Source of the DNA: Candidatus Helarchaeota archaeon | GTDB taxonomy: Archaea > Asgardarchaeota > Lokiarchaeia > Helarchaeales > RDOG01 | NCBI GenBank assembly: GCA_029838215.1 | Contig: JALGVI010000106.1 | Coordinates: 1 to 14,735, forward strand | Direction: 5' to 3' | DNA: 14,735 bases | Part shown: one piece after another, positions 7,505 through 13,258 of the stretch | Layout of the letters: each line of letters begins with the position of its first letter | How positions within the stretch are numbered: position 1 is the stretch's first letter | The notes under the pieces: generated by a model | Seen by the model: the letters and a program-made list of their open reading frames with translations, nothing else | Database searches by the model: none | Told to the model about the DNA's origin: nothing | Program-made: the position numbers and the translations under genes

Positions 7505-7618
7505 TAAAATTCAGCTCGGGTGTTTTTCAAATTCATTCTTTGCTAAAAATATGAATTAGGAATATTTTTCAATAAGAATAAATTGATTCTTCATTGAAAT
7601 TTAAAACTATTAAATTTT

Positions 7619-7627
7619 GGTGAGGAG
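7619..7627 (+). promoter_or_regulatory. Strong Shine-Dalgarno site GGTGAGGAG for the VOC gene
   Basis: GGTGAGGAGTC-ATG at 7619-7632. Confidence 0.7.
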
Positions 7628-7629
7628 TC

Positions 7630-8088
7630 ATGAAAATTAATCGAATAGATCATATTGGAATCATAGTCAAAGATGCGGAAAAGTCGATTGCACGGCTAAA
7701 GGAATTGTTTGGGATCGAAAAAGTGTCGATAATTGACTGGACGGTCAAAAAAGAATTGGATGGCACGCCAATCGAGCCTTATACCTTGAGAATGGCTTTC
7801 ATTCCATTCGAAAACATAACCATTGAGCTAATGCAGGTGCTTGATGGCAAGACGATTTATGACGAATTTCAAGGCATCAACGGCGAAGGCATTCATCATG
7901 TTTGCGTCAATTGTGAAGATATTGACGAAGTCATGGAAGAAGCAGAAAAGCTGGGAATCAAGGCATTCGATACGGGTAAAATTGCGGGTTCCGCGTTTGC
8001 ATACCTGAACACGCAAGACCAAGTAGGATTTCTGGTTGAATTTCTTCAAACTCGAATGCGAAAAAGAAAAAAAAATAAAAATTATTGA
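7630..8088 (+). CDS. VOC (glyoxalase_4 / methylmalonyl-CoA epimerase-like) family metalloprotein
   Basis: Motifs IDHIGIIVKD, IELMQ, GEGIHHVC and LVEF give the four expected metal ligands H8/E66/H90/E137. Confidence 0.9.
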   Translation: MKINRIDHIGIIVKDAEKSIARLKELFGIEKVSIIDWTVKKELDGTPIEPYTLRMAFIPFENITIELMQVLDGKTIYDEFQGINGEGIHHVCVNCEDIDEVMEEAEKLGIKAFDTGKIAGSAFAYLNTQDQVGFLVEFLQTRMRKRKKNKNY

Positions 8089-8243
8089 ACAGTTTTTAGA
8101 ATTCTAGCAAAACTCGGATATGCCATAAAAAATCAAGCCAAATGTGCTTTCAGGTCGAATTATCAGTATGACTGCTTAATTGTAGCAAAAATCAATGCAG
8201 TCCAATGGTAGATTAAATATTTCTCTTATGGAATTTCCATCCA

Positions 8244-8438
8244 ATGATTAAAAGTTATTTTAAATTTATTCAACATTATCGAGGTCCCTTCTCAAGAGAA
8301 GTGCAAGAAATCATTAAAGATCCGATTTTTCTAGAAAATCATTGGAATTATATTCCGCCAGAAAGAAAGGACGTTTTAAATAAAGGAATAATCATAAATG
8401 AAACACAAGCAGGAATAGTTAAAAAGAAAAAGAAATAA
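8244..8438 (+). CDS. Small hypothetical protein (64 aa)
   Basis: It is an ATG ORF with natural-looking composition that ends 8 nt from the convergent gene. It has no motif and no clear RBS. Confidence 0.45.
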   Translation: MIKSYFKFIQHYRGPFSREVQEIIKDPIFLENHWNYIPPERKDVLNKGIIINETQAGIVKKKKK

Positions 8439-8446
8439 TTCGATAA

Positions 8447-9607
8447 TTACTCGACGATTCTCGTTTTCGTTCCGAGTCCGATTGACACCATCTTGGACTT
8501 GTCGATGATTCCCGTGGTTTCGTGGTCGGCATTAAAGAGAATGCCTTTCCATATATCTTCGTAGCTTAGACCCATATCAAGGAGCTTGATGAATTTTTCA
8601 TCGCCGTGAGGATATTTCCAGGCAAAATCTTCTTTTTCGTAAGTTGATTTTTTGCTGAGGTCGGGTAATTTCACGTCCAATGAATCGCACGGTCGAGGGA
8701 TGCCCGACTCGATTTGGTCTACAAAAACGGTTTTCCACACTTCAGGGAAGTTTTCGGTTAGCCACGAAACGGCGGTTTCTTCCAGACCTTGAATGTATAA
8801 TTGATGTTGGAGGGAGAGTCCGTTGAATTTTAATGTGAAATTCCTTCGACCCATCAATATGAAATTTCGTATCATTGGAGGCCACGGGATGAACGCGAAC
8901 CAGAAGTCGGGCAATCCGTAGTGCTTGTAATTTAATCCATCCCATAAAGAGGCGAATGCTTCGAAGCTGGACCGCTCGCACAGGATGTTCGCCATGGCAG
9001 ACCCCCAGACCACGCCCGCCTGATATGCAGAATTGGACCATTGTGGAGTTCTTTCGTTACGAACGTCTTTCAGTAAGGTAATTAGACTCTTCCCTACTTT
9101 ATCCAAGTTTTTCATTTTTTTTGGTATGTCTCGTAATTTTATGCCCAAGCGCATGTGTCTCCTATCAAGGAAGTCATCAGAGGGATGGACCAGCCACCAG
9201 TCAACGGGAATTCCATCTTCGGCATGGCAGTTTAACAAGAAGAAAATTTCTCTTGTCTGGTCGTTTATCACGATAAATGTAACGTCCATGCTCTCGCCAA
9301 ACAATAGCTTCATGGTACCTTGGTTCAAGTCGGCTCGAATGCTTATAACAGGTGGAAACAAGAAATACGATACGATTTTTGACGGATCGGGAAATTTACC
9401 TTCAATTGTAGCTTTTGCAGTATTGATGGTTTGATCTAAGCGTTCTTTCAGTTCAGGATACATGTATTCGGGACTTGCTTCAACCATGCTAAGTAATTTT
9501 TCATATCCAAATTCCTTAAAAATCTTCCAGATATGCTTACCCAATGGGGAATATGGTTTTGTAAAGATCTCATCAGGGATCTCGCCATAAGTGTGAAAAG
9601 TGAACAC
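8447..9607 (-). CDS. Hypothetical soluble protein (386 aa), no recognisable family
   Basis: It is a long ORF with a GTG start, AGGAG immediately upstream, an in-frame TAA at 9619-9617 and globular composition. Confidence 0.9.
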   Translation of the reverse strand: MFTFHTYGEIPDEIFTKPYSPLGKHIWKIFKEFGYEKLLSMVEASPEYMYPELKERLDQTINTAKATIEGKFPDPSKIVSYFLFPPVISIRADLNQGTMKLLFGESMDVTFIVINDQTREIFFLLNCHAEDGIPVDWWLVHPSDDFLDRRHMRLGIKLRDIPKKMKNLDKVGKSLITLLKDVRNERTPQWSNSAYQAGVVWGSAMANILCERSSFEAFASLWDGLNYKHYGLPDFWFAFIPWPPMIRNFILMGRRNFTLKFNGLSLQHQLYIQGLEETAVSWLTENFPEVWKTVFVDQIESGIPRPCDSLDVKLPDLSKKSTYEKEDFAWKYPHGDEKFIKLLDMGLSYEDIWKGILFNADHETTGIIDKSKMVSIGLGTKTRIVE

Positions 9608-9950
9608 TCTCCTTTTTTACCTAATGTTTTGTATTTCTTTAATTTATTAAAATCTTAAATTGTCTTTTCTTATAAATTAGATCATGGTCAAACCAGCTTC
9701 GAAATGTTGGAAACTGTCTTAAATATCACGGACTTTGCATGGTAAATTTTTTCAAAATAAGAAAGGAGCTAGGAGGAGGCATGATCTCCTGCTTCATTTG
9801 CCATTTTCCAGAATGCCACAATTATTAGGCAGGGCTTCGGCAATTGATTCAACTGTCAGACGGACAAGCACGGGAATGCCACCATGAGCATGACCAAACG
9901 AAGTCAGGAAACGTACGACACTATCTTGCAAATTTTTCGTTAAAGACCTG

Positions 9951-9986
9951 AAAAAAAAAGCATGAAAAAAAATAAAAAATATTATC
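9951..9986 (-). terminator. Oligo-T terminator after the Fe-S gene
   Basis: Directly after the stop at 9988, the minus strand carries successive T runs of 5-8 nt (A runs on the plus strand at 9951-9979). Confidence 0.6.
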
Positions 9987-9987
9987 A

Positions 9988-11092
9988 TCACAATTTTTCA
10001 AGCAAGTATTGCGTGATGTCGTATAGTTTTAGATTTGAACCGGACTCTTTAATTGCATCACCAAGGTTGGTCACGCAGAACGGACACGATGTTATTAGTT
10101 TTGTCGCACCCGTTTTTTCGGCTTCTTCGATTCGTTCCTTGGAGATTTCTACGGCCCATTCTTTAAATCCGGATTTCACGCCACCGCCAGCACCACAGCA
10201 CCAAGCCATTTCGCGGTTGCGAGGCATTTCATTCAATTCTACGCCAGGAATGCTTAGGATTAGCTTGCGGGGAGATTCAAAAACTTTCGAGTGGCGTCCT
10301 AGGTGGCACGGGTCGTGATAAGTGACGAACGTGCTGGATTTCAAATCCCAAGTCATCTTGGATGATTTTTGGCCAGTCAATGAGCATCGTCCTGTAGCAG
10401 CCCGCGCAAGCCGTGATGACTTTTTTGACACCCATGTCTCTTAAAACTTGAATGTTGTGTTCGATGAGTTCTTTTACCAGTTCGAGTTGTCCAGTGCGTA
10501 GAAGTGGTGAACCGCAACACCATTCTTCGGGCGAGATTGCGATTTTCAGACCCAGTTTCTGAAAGAGGTCATAAGTTGCCCTTGCGATCTCCTGTCTCCG
10601 ATAGGAGGCGGTACAACCGACAAAGTAGCAAATTTCTGCTTGCTTGTCGAAATCCGCGATCGGCACCCACTCAGTTCGTCTATCAGGAGATTCACCATAG
10701 GGATTGTGATAGGTGCGAATTGAAATCGCGAATGTTTTATGTGCATCTAATGGACCTGCACCTGCAGCCACCGCAGCCGCCCGAACTGCTTCGATGATTT
10801 CCACCAGATGTTCTGAGACTTCCATCGTGCAGATCTCAACGCAATTTCCACAAGTTGGGCAGGCATAGATTTTTTTCAGAACAGAGTCCGTGAATTCAAT
10901 CTTCCCTTCGAGAAGTGCACGGGCGATGGCAACGCGGCCGCTACTGAAGTAAGTTTCAAAGAAATATTTTTCACCAGATGGACAACTCCGCTGATATTCG
11001 CCTGCTTCTGCAAGTGTCTTGCAGGTATTGCACTTAATGCATCCGTAAACCCATCTTTTTACCTTTTCAAGCTCTGAAATCACAGATTCCAT
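9988..11092 (-). pseudogene. (Fe-S)-binding CCG-domain protein (GlcF/GlpC-like partner of the FAD oxidoreductase), interrupted by an apparent internal deletion plus frameshift at ~10327
   Basis: The likely start is ATG 11092 (MESVISELEK), overlapping the upstream stop. Frame 1 has CIKCNTC...CP, CPTCGNCVEIC, YFVGC, EWCCGSP and TACAGCY, up to GFEIQHV. The second frame resumes one base later with VTYHDPCHLGR, WCCGAGGG and TSCPFC, and ends at 9988. Confidence 0.85.
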
Positions 11093-12555
11093 CTCCCGGG
11101 GTTCATGATCTTGTTTGGATCCAGCGTTCCACGAATGCGTCGTGCTAAAGCCACCCAATTTGGGTCTAATCGTTTAAGCACTTTCTTTGCTGCCCATGCA
11201 GGGCATTTATACGGGATGGCACCGACTTCATCAATTGCAAAATCCACGAGTTCTTCAAGTAATTCGCGTACTGCTTGATTATCTTTCGGCTTTTGGAATG
11301 GAATGAGATAGCGCATTACAATAAAGTGTCCCGAGTCCATTAGCTTGCTAAATATGAGCGGTGCAAAGCCGTGTTTCTTCATTATATCGTATCCCTTCTC
11401 GTATCCGAGTTGAAGGCTGGAGATGGGACAAAAAGTTCCCAGCCATGACATTCCTGCTCCGATCTGATCGGGATCGGTCTTTATTCCGCTTCTGAATTCC
11501 ATGAAGTTAGGCAACGGTCTTGGCAGGTCTAGGATGTCCTTGTACTTATCACCACCGAGCTCGAGAGGAACCATCGTGATTGGACGCTTTGCATTCGTGC
11601 TGTTTTCGGTACACATCTTTTGTAGAACTTTCTCTTTTGCTTTTTTCTCCTTTTCACTATATGCGAAGAAATATATCCCGGTAACGCTCTCAGGGTCTGA
11701 TTCTTTTAATTCTCGTATCGGATGTTTTGCACCCAACATCATTAGAACGGTTTCGAATGAAAACGTGAAATCGCCTTGAATCAGTTCCGTTCTTGCCAAG
11801 TCGGGAAGCATTTTACACATGTCTTGCCGATTAAAGAAGATCAACATTCGTTTTTCAAGAATCGGAGGTCTTGCAATTAATTTTACCGAAATTTTCGTGA
11901 CGATTCCCGTCATTCCTTGCCATCCAATGAAAAGGCTGGACATGTCAGGTAGTGGATATTTTTGATTCCAATTATCGTGTTTCATGAGCGCGCAATTACC
12001 GATTCTCGTGATTTCTCCAGTTGGCAAAACAACCTCGAGGCCCACGATGAATTCGCCCATGCACCCGTATCGATAGGAATATTCCGTAAGGCCTTCAAGG
12101 AGAGCATTTGCCATGACGGAAGTGTGTGGCGGTGAAAAGGCATATGAATACATGTAATCGGGATGATTTTTATCGAGATATGCTTTCAATCTTCCAAAAG
12201 TAACACCCGGCTCGACGATAACGTATTTATTTTTTTCGTCAGCCTTTATTACCCTGTTCATGCGCTTCAGATCAACGACAATTCCACCGTGTAATGGTAT
12301 CGTCAATCCTCCAATATTAGCTGCTGAGACATAAGGCGTGACAGGAATTTTATATTCGTTTGCGATTTTCAATATTCCCTGTACATCCTTAGGATTCTCT
12401 GGCATGACAATTGCCTCGGGATCTTTTGGCTGTTCCTCTGTCATGTCAAATGAATAAATGTACAAGTCTTCTCGGTCTGTCGAAACAAATTCCGGACCTA
12501 CGACATCGTGGAGCTTTTTAACAACTTCATTGGTAACTTTTCCATATGACACCAA
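11080..12555 (-). CDS. FAD-binding oxidoreductase (VAO/PCMH flavoprotein superfamily; GlcD / D-lactate dehydrogenase / AgpS-like)
   Basis: Motifs are PEAIVMPEN, GGIVVDLKRMNRV, VEPGVTF, GLEVVLPTGE, FIGWQGMTGIVTK and LDPNKIMNPG. The start is TTG with RBS GGAGTGA at 12568-12562. Confidence 0.93.
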   Translation of the reverse strand: MVSYGKVTNEVVKKLHDVVGPEFVSTDREDLYIYSFDMTEEQPKDPEAIVMPENPKDVQGILKIANEYKIPVTPYVSAANIGGLTIPLHGGIVVDLKRMNRVIKADEKNKYVIVEPGVTFGRLKAYLDKNHPDYMYSYAFSPPHTSVMANALLEGLTEYSYRYGCMGEFIVGLEVVLPTGEITRIGNCALMKHDNWNQKYPLPDMSSLFIGWQGMTGIVTKISVKLIARPPILEKRMLIFFNRQDMCKMLPDLARTELIQGDFTFSFETVLMMLGAKHPIRELKESDPESVTGIYFFAYSEKEKKAKEKVLQKMCTENSTNAKRPITMVPLELGGDKYKDILDLPRPLPNFMEFRSGIKTDPDQIGAGMSWLGTFCPISSLQLGYEKGYDIMKKHGFAPLIFSKLMDSGHFIVMRYLIPFQKPKDNQAVRELLEELVDFAIDEVGAIPYKCPAWAAKKVLKRLDPNWVALARRIRGTLDPNKIMNPGRWNL

Positions 12556-12810
12556 TTTATTTCACTCCTAAAATGTAATTTTCTTGCGTGTAAATATTCG
12601 ATCGTTTAAAAAATCAAATCATTGTAACAAGTTAGATGCAAGACTTAATAAAACTGATTGTTTTTCTATATGTTCTGATAATTCAAAAACATTGATTGTC
12701 ATTATTGCATTGCTATTTGAGTTCAACGTGAAAAATTGGTGCACTAAACGAACTTATATCGAAAAATAGGTCAGATGCTTGAGGATAATGATGAATTGAG
12801 ATATTTAAGC

Positions 12811-13125
12811 TCAGGCGAGTGCAAAGACCTCAACCGGTCCATTCTCTCGAGTGGTGATCTCCAATTTATCTTGCATCAAATATGTTGAAAATTCGTCCAC
12901 ATCATCTACGAAAACAGGAACGTTTGGCTCAATTGTGTCAACACGTTCGTATTTCGCGCAGGTTTCAACATCTTCAAGCGTGATGGCGATCCACTCACAA
13001 AAACCCGCGCCACAACAATTTCTTCTCTCTCGAAATGCTAAAAATAGGCATTTTTTCGCCTCAGATGGCCCTGCTAATTTTTTCAGGAGTAATTGTTGAG
13101 CTTTTTCATCTAGAATTATGCGCAT
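12811..13125 (-). CDS. Small CC-motif HesB/IscA-fold-like protein
   Basis: It starts MRIILDEKAQQLL (HesB-like N-terminus), and has RNCCG, a VPVFVD strand and an LEI strand. The RBS is GGAGA at ~13138-13134. Confidence 0.7.
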   Translation of the reverse strand: MRIILDEKAQQLLLKKLAGPSEAKKCLFLAFRERRNCCGAGFCEWIAITLEDVETCAKYERVDTIEPNVPVFVDDVDEFSTYLMQDKLEITTRENGPVEVFALA

Positions 13126-13258
13126 GTAAGTGATCTCCGTACATTTTTCGTTTTTAAATTTCTAAAATTTTCTCTAAAACGAACAATAAGTTAAATGAAA
13201 TCATTCATATTAAAAGATCTTCTTTCTTCACGTGAAAGTTCTATACTATAGTGAAGTT

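Noticed and set aside
8086-8210. Read-through of the VOC TGA into a further 39 open codons
   Set aside because: The VOC fold is already complete, a T-tract follows the stop, and the extension has no motif.
9845-9856. TGA-TTC-AAC-TGT read as a selenocysteine UxxC motif
   Set aside because: The frame has no start codon upstream (another TGA at 9782), no thioredoxin-like context and no SECIS I can identify.
10315-10345. Programmed ribosomal frameshift or bypass at the Fe-S gene break
   Set aside because: There is no slippery heptamer or homopolymer, and sequence is missing rather than inserted, so recoding would not restore the linker.
9988-10431. 147-aa ORF treated as an independent gene
   Set aside because: Its first ~35 residues are an out-of-frame read of the upstream gene. 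Homology begins only at VTYHDPC.
11093-11158. Track start at 11158 for the Fe-S gene
   Set aside because: It would overlap the FAD gene by 79 nt with non-homologous sequence. ATG 11092 gives a normal short overlap.
12584-12769. 61-aa plus-strand ORF in the intergenic region upstream of the FAD gene
   Set aside because: It is very AT-rich, has no RBS or motif, and overlaps the likely promoter of the FAD gene.
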